In this document: positions 7,003-15,154 of the stretch, one piece after another
How the letters are laid out: each line of letters begins with the position of its first letter
Numbering within the stretch: position 1 is the stretch's first letter
Assembly: GCA_045863855.1 (NCBI GenBank)
Contig: BTVV01000087.1
Span: 1-25,724, forward strand
DNA: 25,724 nt
Reading direction: 5' to 3'
Origin: Planctomycetota bacterium
GTDB lineage: Bacteria; Planctomycetota; SZUA-567; H5-PLA8
Position numbers and translations under genes: made by a program
The notes under the pieces: generated by a model
The model's database searches: none
The model's input: only the letters and a program-made list of their open reading frames with translations
What the model was told of the DNA's origin: nothing

Positions 7003-8061
7003 ATGCTGAAGGGCGTATGGATTTTGGTCGCTCTGCTCGGCACCGGATGGGGCTGTACCGATTCGTTCGGGGGTGAAGCGGAAGAGGAATCGGAGAAGAT
7101 TCCGGCCGGCTTTGAGGAGATCGTCGACCGCCAGGACGAGGCCGTCGAACGGGCGCTGGGCTGGCTGGCGCGCAGCCAAGGGCGCGACGGATCTTGGACG
7201 GCGGCGGGGCAAGGGAACTACCCTTGCGCGATGACCGGGATGGCCGGCTTGGCGTTCTTGGCGGCGGGGCATACGCCGGGGCGCGGCAAATACGGCACTC
7301 ATCTGCTCAAGGCGATCGACTTTCTGGTCCGAGCGCAAGACCGTACGGGACATATCACCGCACCCAACGAACAGCGCAGCATGTACGGGCACGGCTTCGC
7401 CATGACATTTTTGGCGGAAGCGTACGGCATGGAGCCGGGCGCCGAGTTCGGGACGCGGGTCAAGGACTGCCTGGACCGCGCGATCAAGCTGACGGCGCGG
7501 GCGCAGTCGAGTTTGGGCGGCTGGTATTACTCGCCCAACAGCGGTTCGGACGAGGGCTCGGTGACGATTACCCAAGTGCAGGCGCTGCGCGCATGCGCGA
7601 ACGTAGGGCTGGACGTGCCCGACCGCGTAATGGACCGGGCCATCGACTACATACGCAAGTCGCAGCAGCCGGACGGCGGAGTGGCATACCGCGCCGGGAT
7701 GAGCGGTTCGCGTCCGGCGCTTTCGGCGGCCGGCGCCGAACTCCTGCTGATGGCCGGGCTGTACACCGCGCCCGAGACGAAGAAAGCGATCGAGTATGTG
7801 AAGCGGAACATCTCGGCCGAGAACACGAGGCAGCAGCATGACAGCTACACGAGCTTCTATACCGCGCAGGCGCTGCACCATATCGGCGGCGCGTCCTGGG
7901 CGACGTACTTCGCCTCGCGGCGCGCGCGATACTTAAAGGAGCAAGGCGCCGACGGAAGCTGGAATTACACCGGCTGGGGCGCTTCCCCGGTGCTGGATAC
8001 GGCGATGGCGGTGATCGTCCTGGCGCTGCCTTACCAGTACCTCCCGCTGTATCAGCGCTAA
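7003..8061 (+). CDS. Exported prenyltransferase/squalene-oxidase repeat protein (alpha/alpha toroid)
   Basis: QW-like repeats WLARSQGRDGSW, FLVRAQDRTG, AQSSLGGWYY, YIRKSQQPDGG and YLKEQGADGSW. SMYGHGFA motif, C-terminal YLPLYQR, hydrophobic N-terminus, SD AGGAG. Confidence 0.9.
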   Translation: MLKGVWILVALLGTGWGCTDSFGGEAEEESEKIPAGFEEIVDRQDEAVERALGWLARSQGRDGSWTAAGQGNYPCAMTGMAGLAFLAAGHTPGRGKYGTHLLKAIDFLVRAQDRTGHITAPNEQRSMYGHGFAMTFLAEAYGMEPGAEFGTRVKDCLDRAIKLTARAQSSLGGWYYSPNSGSDEGSVTITQVQALRACANVGLDVPDRVMDRAIDYIRKSQQPDGGVAYRAGMSGSRPALSAAGAELLLMAGLYTAPETKKAIEYVKRNISAENTRQQHDSYTSFYTAQALHHIGGASWATYFASRRARYLKEQGADGSWNYTGWGASPVLDTAMAVIVLALPYQYLPLYQR

Positions 8062-8147
8062 ACGGCCTTGTTTACCGTTCTGACGCTTCGATCGAAGGGT
8101 TGTTTTCACGGTACACCGAAGCCCGGTTAGTGATTACTGTCGTACTC

Positions 8148-9098
8148 ATGTCCACGCCGTCTGCACCGCCGTACCGACGCCCCCCGCCGCGCGCATGGGC
8201 TTTTGTCGTGCCCTGGCTGCTGGGATTGCTGGTCTTCACGCTATATCCGTTCGCGGCAAGTTTCGGATATTCGTTCACGGAGTACTCGGTGCTGCGCCCA
8301 CCGGAGCCGGTGGGGCTGGCGAACTATGCCGAACTCTCCGGCGATCCGATCTTCCTGCGCGCGCTGTACAACACGCTGCTCTTCGCTGCGCTTTCGATCC
8401 CCGTCGGCGTGCTGATCGCAGTGGGCTTGGCGAAAGCGCTGCACGCGCCTATTCGAGGGACCACCTTTTACCGCGCGGCGATTTACGTTCCGCATCTGGT
8501 GCCCACGGTGGCCAGCGCGATCCTGTGGATGTGGATGCTCAATCCCGATAACGGGCTTCTGACCAGCGTAATGCGCCCGTTCCTGGATCCGCTGGGCTGG
8601 AAGGCGCCGTCGTTCATGCAGGACGACCGGCTGGTGGGACTGGACTTCAAGAATCGGCAGGTGATTTTCGGTGCGCTGCCGTCGCTGGTGCTCTTAAGCG
8701 TGTGGGGCTGCGGGCAGATGGCGATCGTTTACCTGGCTAAGTTGCAGGATGTCCCGCAGGATCTCTACGAAGCGGCGCGGCTGGACGGCGCGGGCAGTTG
8801 GGATGTTTTCCGACATGTCGAACTGCCGCAGCTTTCGCCGGTGATCCTCTTCAACGTGGTGATGGCGATCATTGGAACGTTTCAGGTCTTCGCCGAACCC
8901 TACATCATGACGGGCGGGCAAGGCGGGCCGAATTACGCGACTTACCTGCTGCCGATGTTCATCTACGACCACGCCTTCGATTACCACCGCATGGGCTACG
9001 CCTGCGCGGCGTCGTGGATTCTCTTCGGGCTGATCGCGCTGCTGACGCTGATCGCCTTTCGCATCGGGCAGCGGCGCGTGTACTACGCGGGAGCGTGA
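8148..9098 (+). CDS. Carbohydrate ABC transporter permease (MalF/UgpA-like, ~316 aa)
   Basis: VGLANY, ALYNTL, EAA loop LYEAARLDGAGSWDVFRHVELPQLSP and MGYACA. Multiple TM helices. Start at ATG 8148 is approximate. Confidence 0.93.
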   Translation: MSTPSAPPYRRPPPRAWAFVVPWLLGLLVFTLYPFAASFGYSFTEYSVLRPPEPVGLANYAELSGDPIFLRALYNTLLFAALSIPVGVLIAVGLAKALHAPIRGTTFYRAAIYVPHLVPTVASAILWMWMLNPDNGLLTSVMRPFLDPLGWKAPSFMQDDRLVGLDFKNRQVIFGALPSLVLLSVWGCGQMAIVYLAKLQDVPQDLYEAARLDGAGSWDVFRHVELPQLSPVILFNVVMAIIGTFQVFAEPYIMTGGQGGPNYATYLLPMFIYDHAFDYHRMGYACAASWILFGLIALLTLIAFRIGQRRVYYAGA

Positions 9099-10423
9099 CG
9101 GTGGCGCAAGAAGCCGAATCTTCGGATCTTCGCCCGCGCCAGCCGTGGATGCGCGCGGGGCTGCATCTATTCCTGCTCGCGGCGACGGCGATTTTCGTCT
9201 TCCCGCTGGCCTGGATGGTGCTGACCGCGCTGAAGCCCAACGAACAGACCATGAAGAATCCGCCGGAGTGGCTGCCGCGGACGGAGACGGCGACGCTGAC
9301 GCGGGAGTTCCGGCTACGTCTGGACGAAACCCGGGAGCCGATCGCCGATCCCCGGCCCGAACGGATCGCGGTGGTGCGCTTGGCTACACTGGACGCTCCG
9401 CACGTGCTGGTGAAAGGCGGGCGCGAGACGTCCGGCGATCGGCGCGACGCGGAACGCTTCGTGAACCGGCGCATGCTCGTCGCGGCGGCCGATCTTCGGG
9501 AGAGCGGCGGCGCGTGGGGCGAGGCGCCTGCGGCGGGCGCGGCCGAGATGCGGTTCAAAGTCGGCGCGGAGCCCGAGAAACGCTTCTTCGCGTGCGAAGT
9601 GCTGGAGACCTATCCGGCCGGGTGGGTGCAGGTGCGCGAATCGATTCCCGACAACCGGCTCCTGACCAAAACCGCCGGAAGCGGCGAAGACGTCTTGTAC
9701 GCGTGGGGCGTCGTGCCTCCCGAGGATCTGCGCAAGGAAGTCCGCTTCTTCTGGGAAAACGTGCCCGCGAGCATGCGCAAGATGGACTTCGGGCGCTACC
9801 TGTTGAATACGCTTTGGGTGGCGATTCTGGGCATGATCGGGACGACCTTCGTCTCGGCGCTTGCGGCGTACGCGTTCGCGTTCGGGAGTTTTCGCGCCAA
9901 GGCGATCCTGTTCGGACTGACGCTGGCAACGATGATGGTACCGTTTCCGGCCACGATGGTGCCGCTGTATGGGGTCTACCGCGAACTGGACTGGATCGGA
10001 ACGTTTAAGCCGCTGTGGGTGCATTCGTGGTTCGGCGCGGCGTTCAATATATTCCTGCTGCGGCAGTTCTTCCTGGGGCTGCCGAAGGATCTGCTCGACG
10101 CCGCACGGATCGACGGATGCAACGAGCTGCAAATTTTCTTCTACGTCGTCCTCCCGCTTTCGAAGCCCGCGTTGGCGATGGTGGCGCTCTTTCATTTCTT
10201 GTACGCGTGGAAGGACTTCATGGGGCCACTGCTGTACCTGACGGACAAGGGGCAGTTCACGCTTTCGCTGGGCTTGCAGGCGTTTCAGTCGCAGCAGGGA
10301 AGCACGCCGTGGCATCTTGTGATGGCGGCGGCGGCGGTCTTCAGCTTGCCGCTGGTGCTCCTGTTCCTGCTGGCGATCAAGACGTTTATCCGCGGCGTGG
10401 CGATGACGGGTATTAAAGGCTAG
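9095..10423 (+). CDS. Carbohydrate ABC transporter permease (MalG/UgpE-like, ~442 aa) with a large soluble insertion
   Basis: GTGA overlap with the upstream permease. FPLAWMVLTALK, then FLLRQFFLGLPKDLLDAARIDGC and PLSKPALA, ending FIRGVAMTGIKG. Confidence 0.93.
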   Translation: MTVAQEAESSDLRPRQPWMRAGLHLFLLAATAIFVFPLAWMVLTALKPNEQTMKNPPEWLPRTETATLTREFRLRLDETREPIADPRPERIAVVRLATLDAPHVLVKGGRETSGDRRDAERFVNRRMLVAAADLRESGGAWGEAPAAGAAEMRFKVGAEPEKRFFACEVLETYPAGWVQVRESIPDNRLLTKTAGSGEDVLYAWGVVPPEDLRKEVRFFWENVPASMRKMDFGRYLLNTLWVAILGMIGTTFVSALAAYAFAFGSFRAKAILFGLTLATMMVPFPATMVPLYGVYRELDWIGTFKPLWVHSWFGAAFNIFLLRQFFLGLPKDLLDAARIDGCNELQIFFYVVLPLSKPALAMVALFHFLYAWKDFMGPLLYLTDKGQFTLSLGLQAFQSQQGSTPWHLVMAAAAVFSLPLVLLFLLAIKTFIRGVAMTGIKG

Positions 10424-10449
10424 CGCAGCGAACAATGAGGAGCGTGCTC

Positions 10450-10689
10450 ATGGCCAAGGACAGCCGCTACGTTCAGATGGTATTTCACCTTCAACGCTCG
10501 CTGGCCGACGACGGCAAGCTGGATGCGAAGGAGTTGGATGTGCTGCTCGAGATGGCGGCGCGGGACGGCGAGATCGATATCGACGAGCGCCGCGTGCTGC
10601 GCGTCTTTTTTGCCGAGATCAAGCAGAAGGACGTGACCGCGGAGGCGTGGACGCGGATCGGCGATTTACGCGGTAAAATGGGGCTTTAA
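10450..10689 (+). CDS. Small hypothetical protein (~79 aa), TerB-like/EF-hand-like acidic repeats
   Basis: SD GAGGAG before ATG 10450. Two units, ADDGKLDAKEL and ARDGEIDIDER. Tightly packed between its neighbours. Confidence 0.75.
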   Translation: MAKDSRYVQMVFHLQRSLADDGKLDAKELDVLLEMAARDGEIDIDERRVLRVFFAEIKQKDVTAEAWTRIGDLRGKMGL

Positions 10690-10691
10690 AC

Positions 10692-11960
10692 GTGGGCGAA
10701 TCGAGCAAATGGCGCGCGCTGTTGGATCGCTTCGAACGCGCGAAGGAAGACCACGAAGAGCGGCATCGGCCCAGCGGGTTCGAATTCGCGCTGGCGACTC
10801 GGATCGACGCGCTGAATCCCGCGCACTGGGACGCGCTGACCGCATCCGCTTCGGTCTTTATGAAGCGGCGCTATCTTGGAGTCATCGAGCGGTCCGGTCC
10901 GCCTGGCTTGCAGCCGCGTTATGCGCTGCTGTATCGCGGCGCGGTTCCGGCGGCGGCGTTGAGCATGCAACTCGTCGAATTGGCCGGAAGCCAATTGGTG
11001 AATCCTGCCTCCGCGCCTGATGCAACCGAAGGCTCGGCGCTAAAGCGCGCCTGGAAGCAGGCTTTTTCGGGCTGGAGCGCCAAGGCGCTGGAGCAGTTAA
11101 AGCTGCGCGTGCTGGTGAACGGAAACTTGTTCTCGTGGGGCTTCCACGGCGTCGCGTTCGGGCCGGGCGAGGACGAGACGTCGGTGTGGCCGGGCATCGC
11201 CGAAGCGCTGTACCGCGTGCGCCAAACCGAACGGCTGGCCGGGCGCGTGGACTACGTGATGGTGAAGGACCTCGACGCCGCGCACGAGCCGGGCGTGCAG
11301 GCGCTGAAACGCTACAGCTACCGTGCGCTGGAATCCGATCCCGATATGGTGCTGGCGTATCGTCCCGGCTGGTCGACGTACGACGATTACCTGTCCAGCC
11401 TGAACGCCAAGTACCGCAAAGCGGTCAAGAAATTCGACAAGGATCTTCAGGCGGCCGGTTGCACGGTCGAGCCCTTGGCCGACCTGCGCGCGCACGCGGC
11501 ACGGCTTCACGCGTTGCACGAGCAGGTTCACCGGCGCGCGGCGACGCGCATGGTGGCGCTCGCCCCGGACTACCTGCCCGCGCTGGCGGAGGCGCTGGGC
11601 ACGGATTTTCGCTGCACGGTCGTTCGCCGCGGCCCGGAGTTGCTGGGCTTCGTCACGGCGTTGAAGGACGGCGAGACAGCGGTGGGGTATTACATCGGCT
11701 TCGACTACGCGGCGAACGAGACGCTGCCGGTGTACCTGCGGCTCCTGCAGGCGGTGATCGCCGATGGACTGGCCTTGGGCTGCCGGCGCTTATCGCTGGG
11801 GCGCACGGCCCTGGAGCCCAAGGCGCGCTTGGGCGCGAAGCCCGAAACGTTGCGCATTTGGGTGCGGCATAAGAATCCGATCCTGAACATCCTGACCCAT
11901 CACCTGCAGCGCATAGTGCCGCACGATTCGGCGCCGGATCGCAATCCGTTCAAGGAGTAG
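10692..11960 (+). CDS. GNAT-fold (FemAB-like/Acetyltransf_6) acyltransferase
   Basis: WSTYDDYLSSLNAKYRK, YYIGFDY and LSLGRTALEPKARLGA motifs. Starts 2 nt after the upstream stop. Confidence 0.85.
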   Translation: MGESSKWRALLDRFERAKEDHEERHRPSGFEFALATRIDALNPAHWDALTASASVFMKRRYLGVIERSGPPGLQPRYALLYRGAVPAAALSMQLVELAGSQLVNPASAPDATEGSALKRAWKQAFSGWSAKALEQLKLRVLVNGNLFSWGFHGVAFGPGEDETSVWPGIAEALYRVRQTERLAGRVDYVMVKDLDAAHEPGVQALKRYSYRALESDPDMVLAYRPGWSTYDDYLSSLNAKYRKAVKKFDKDLQAAGCTVEPLADLRAHAARLHALHEQVHRRAATRMVALAPDYLPALAEALGTDFRCTVVRRGPELLGFVTALKDGETAVGYYIGFDYAANETLPVYLRLLQAVIADGLALGCRRLSLGRTALEPKARLGAKPETLRIWVRHKNPILNILTHHLQRIVPHDSAPDRNPFKE

Positions 11961-12987
11961 GCGCGCTCAGGCGGATCAGCGCCTTTACGGCCTCGCGGCG
12001 CCACAACGCTTCGAAGGCATCGCCGATGCGTTCGAGCGGGTAGGGGCGTTGGAGGTCCAGCCAGACCCCCGCATCGAGTTTTCCCGCGCGCATCAGGTCC
12101 ACGACGGATTCGTGCGCTTCGGCTTCGTCGTAGCCGCCCTTGTAGAAGGTAAAAGATCCGCGAGCGCGGTCCGGCGTGAGTTGAACCTCGCGAATCTCGC
12201 CGATGCCGTAGAGTGCCAGCGTCCCGCCCTTCGCGCACAGAGGCAGTGCATTATCGAGCATCCCCGCGCGTCCCACGGCGTCGATGACGAAGTCGAACCC
12301 GTCCGGTTGCGCGTCGTGGAGGCGGCCGATCGGATCGGGCGAAGCGTATTCGAAATAGAGCGTCGCGCCCGCGGCCCGCGCGGAGGCTTCGCGCCCGGGT
12401 GCTCCGGTAAGCGCCACGACGCTCGCGCTCAGATTTCGCGCGTGGCTGGCGAAAGCCAGGCCGTTACCACCGCTGCCGAGGATCAGGACGCGGCAGCCGT
12501 CGCGGAAGCCCATGCGCCGCGCGCAAGAGAAGGTCTCGCGCCACGTGACGAACATCGTCGCCGCGCGCGGATCGAGGTCCGGCGGAACGGTCTGGTGGAT
12601 GCGCCAGCGCCGCCATTCCTGCTCCGGCCGCCCGTCCTCCTGCATCGCTCGCCAGTCGACGGCGACGCCCCGTTCGGCGAAGCCGCCCCAGGTGCTGTGC
12701 ACGCCGCTTTTCGGATCGCCGTGCCAGCCCACGCGCGTGACGACATCGCCGGGTTTGAGGTGGCGCACCTTGGAGCCGACTTCGACGACGCGCCCGACGC
12801 TTTCGTGGCCGAGCACGAACGGGTACGCGGTGTTCCAGGGGAAGCGCCCATGGATCAGGTGCGAGTCGGTGCCGGTGCAGGTGGCGCCGAAGAGTTGTGC
12901 GCACAGGGCCTCGTATGGACCGATCTTCGGCTCGGGCACCTCACGCACTTCGAGTTGCCCCGGCGCGGCGACTACGGCGGCTCGCAT
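11950..12987 (-). CDS. Zinc-binding medium-chain dehydrogenase/reductase (~345 aa)
   Basis: True start MRAAVVAAPG at 12987 (TGATG overlap with the AKR stop). CTGTDSH, LGHESVGRVVEVG, Rossmann GSGGNG and FDFVIDAVG. The ORF-track extension to 13599 overlaps the AKR and is rejected. Confidence 0.92.
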   Translation of the reverse strand: MRAAVVAAPGQLEVREVPEPKIGPYEALCAQLFGATCTGTDSHLIHGRFPWNTAYPFVLGHESVGRVVEVGSKVRHLKPGDVVTRVGWHGDPKSGVHSTWGGFAERGVAVDWRAMQEDGRPEQEWRRWRIHQTVPPDLDPRAATMFVTWRETFSCARRMGFRDGCRVLILGSGGNGLAFASHARNLSASVVALTGAPGREASARAAGATLYFEYASPDPIGRLHDAQPDGFDFVIDAVGRAGMLDNALPLCAKGGTLALYGIGEIREVQLTPDRARGSFTFYKGGYDEAEAHESVVDLMRAGKLDAGVWLDLQRPYPLERIGDAFEALWRREAVKALIRLSAPTP

Positions 12988-13973
12988 CAGGCGATCCCCA
13001 CCTGATTGCGCTTGCCGCGCAGGAACGGGAGACCGAAAGGCTCGTTGAAGGGCCGGAAAGGGACCATTGCAGCGATCACGTCGAGGTGCGCGATCACCTC
13101 GGCGGGAAGCGGACCTTTCTCTGCGGCGGCGACGCTGGACTCGATCTCCTCGGCCGAGCGCGCGCCGTTGAGCACGCAGCTCACGTGCGGATTCGAGAGC
13201 ACGAAGCGGAGCGCCACTTCGGCGATGGGCAAGCCCAGTTCGTCGAGGAACGCATAGAGCGCTTTGTACTGCGCGCGGCGTGGCGAACTGAGCCACGGTG
13301 CTCCGTCGTAAACTTCCTGGTCGTAACGCCGCGCCAGTGCGCCCTGCTGCAGCGGGCTGCCGAGGATCACGCCCATGCCCAGTTCGTGGGCGAGCGGGAG
13401 GACTTCGCGGGCGGCTTCGCGCCAGAGCAGGCTGTAATTGAAGGCGGTGAGCACCACGTCGAAGCGCCGCGTCGCCATGATCGCCGGAAGCTCGTAGGCG
13501 GTGGTTCCGCCCAATCCGGTGAAACGGATCACGCCTTCGCGCTTGAGATCGTCGAGGACTTCCAGGACCGGTCCTTCGAAGCGCTCTTGATCGCTCCACC
13601 AGTCGTATTGCCGGAAGCGGTCGGGCTCGTGGACCATCAGAATGTCGACGCGGTCGCGCTTGAGCAACCGGAGGCTTTCTTGAATCGAGCGGCGAAGGTG
13701 GTCTTTGTTCCTGGGCTCGAAGGGTTGCGGGCGCCCGCCCAGCTTGGTGGAGACGATCAGGGGCGCGCGCACGTCTTCGAGGATGCGCCCAAAGGTCTCT
13801 TCGCTGTTGCTGTAGGTTGGCGCGGTATCGATATAGTTGACGCCCAATTCGAGGGCGCGAAGCACTGCTGCGCGGCTTTGGTCGAACTCGCCCCCGGACT
13901 TGGAGACGAACGCGCCTCCCAATCCGAGCTCGGAGACCTCGAGTCCCGTCTTGCCCAGCACGCGCTTTCGCAT
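12987..13973 (-). CDS. Aldo/keto reductase (sugar dehydrogenase-like)
   Basis: LGKTGLEVSELGLG, GVNYIDTAPTY, IVSTK and LMVH supply the D-Y-K-H tetrad. SD CAGGAG. Confidence 0.95.
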   Translation of the reverse strand: MRKRVLGKTGLEVSELGLGGAFVSKSGGEFDQSRAAVLRALELGVNYIDTAPTYSNSEETFGRILEDVRAPLIVSTKLGGRPQPFEPRNKDHLRRSIQESLRLLKRDRVDILMVHEPDRFRQYDWWSDQERFEGPVLEVLDDLKREGVIRFTGLGGTTAYELPAIMATRRFDVVLTAFNYSLLWREAAREVLPLAHELGMGVILGSPLQQGALARRYDQEVYDGAPWLSSPRRAQYKALYAFLDELGLPIAEVALRFVLSNPHVSCVLNGARSAEEIESSVAAAEKGPLPAEVIAHLDVIAAMVPFRPFNEPFGLPFLRGKRNQVGIA

Positions 13974-14027
13974 CGATTGGCTCCTGGAGTGAATGTAGGA
14001 CGCACTTTAGACGCCTTCAATATCCCC

Positions 14028-14057
14028 TTGCCATCGGGGGCTCTGCCAGGGCACAAT
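14028..14057 (+). promoter_or_regulatory. Candidate sigma70-type promoter for the AraC gene
   Basis: TTGCCA, 18 nt, CACAAT. The -10 hexamer is the same as in the promoter at 5047-5075. Confidence 0.35.
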
Positions 14058-14096
14058 CGAACGAAAGATAGCACTGTATTTAGTATTGGAGCGGTT

Positions 14097-14954
14097 ATGG
14101 CCGATTGCCTGTTCGATCCCGTGGTGCGCATATTCTGGGAAGGTTGGTGCCGCGGCGGGTGGCACGAAGGCCCGCGCCGCATCTACGATTGTCTGCTCGA
14201 CTACACCTCGGCCGGCCGGTACGTGCGGACGCTGGAGGACGAACGGTACGAGCAGGAGCCGGGCGATCTGGTAATCATTCCGCCGGGCCTGCGCAGCGAA
14301 GGCTGGGCGGAAGATACGCAAGGCGCCAAGCGCCATTGCGTGCATTTCTCGTGGACGCGGGACTTCTCGGAACGCAAACCGCCGCTGCAGACGAATGCCG
14401 AGGAGGCGTTTCGGACGCTGGAGTCCCACCCCGTGCCTCGCGCCATCGCGCCCCGACTCCCGCTGCGCACGCGGCTGGCGGCGGACGATCCGGAGCGTGA
14501 CTTGCTGGAACGGCTGCTGCAAGCGCTGCGCGACGGGCGCACGCACGCGCACGTGTTGCTCTGGCCGCTCCTGCGGCTGCTGCTGGAACGAGGCGCGCGG
14601 CAGAATCCGGCGCCGCTGCGTGCCGTCCGCGCCGGGGATCGTGCGGCGCTGGCGGTGAAGCACTTTATCGACTCGCACTATTTCGATGCCATCGGTTATG
14701 CGCAGTTCTGCGCCGAAGCGCGCATGTCGAAGAGTCATTTGTGCCAGGAGTTCACCCGGGTGGTTGGCCTGGCGCCCAACGCGTACCTTCGCGAAATCCG
14801 GCTTCATCAGGCGCGGCTCATGCTGCGGGAGGGACGGCATAGCGTGAAGGAAGTCGCGCATACGGTGGGTATCCGGGACGCCAATTACTTTGCGCGGGCG
14901 TTCCGAAAGCGCTTTAAGCAGTCGCCTCGAGAAGGTCGAGCGAGCCCTTCCTAG
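14097..14954 (+). CDS. AraC-family transcriptional regulator (~285 aa)
   Basis: Cupin-like N-terminus (PRRIYD, PGDLVIIPPG, HCVHF). C-terminal double HTH: YLREIRLHQARLML, SVKEVAHTVGIRDANYFARAFRKRFKQSP. SD GGAG before ATG 14097. Divergent from the AKR-MDR pair. Confidence 0.93.
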   Translation: MADCLFDPVVRIFWEGWCRGGWHEGPRRIYDCLLDYTSAGRYVRTLEDERYEQEPGDLVIIPPGLRSEGWAEDTQGAKRHCVHFSWTRDFSERKPPLQTNAEEAFRTLESHPVPRAIAPRLPLRTRLAADDPERDLLERLLQALRDGRTHAHVLLWPLLRLLLERGARQNPAPLRAVRAGDRAALAVKHFIDSHYFDAIGYAQFCAEARMSKSHLCQEFTRVVGLAPNAYLREIRLHQARLMLREGRHSVKEVAHTVGIRDANYFARAFRKRFKQSPREGRASPS

Positions 14955-15154
14955 GGGTGGATGGGGGGCGATAGGCAGCAGCCAGATCGCTTGAAATAAG
15001 CCATTTTAGCCTAATCTTTGTATGAATAAGGGATTATATAAACCTGTTAGAAAACCCGCGCATGGTGCTTTCCGTCGTTGTGTATTTCCATGAGCTACCT
15101 AAAATTGCGCCCGAAATTGAAGCTTTGGTGGGGGATATCCGGGAGTCATCGGGC

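Noticed and set aside
7003..8061. Squalene-hopene cyclase / terpene cluster
   Set aside because: Only ~350 aa, exported, no DxDD motif and no hpn neighbours.
8798..9094. N-terminal extension of the second permease
   Set aside because: It overlaps the first permease in another frame. The GTGA-coupled start at 9095 is more plausible.
12897..14096. 685-aa AraC and 549-aa dehydrogenase N-terminal extensions in the ORF track
   Set aside because: Both overlap the clear AKR gene. Good starts exist at 14097 and 12987, so these are not real fusions.
14955..15154. AT-rich stretch as a possible sRNA or foreign DNA
   Set aside because: Short, with several -10-like hexamers (e.g. TAAAAT) and no stable structure or mobile-element ends. 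An ordinary promoter region is sufficient.
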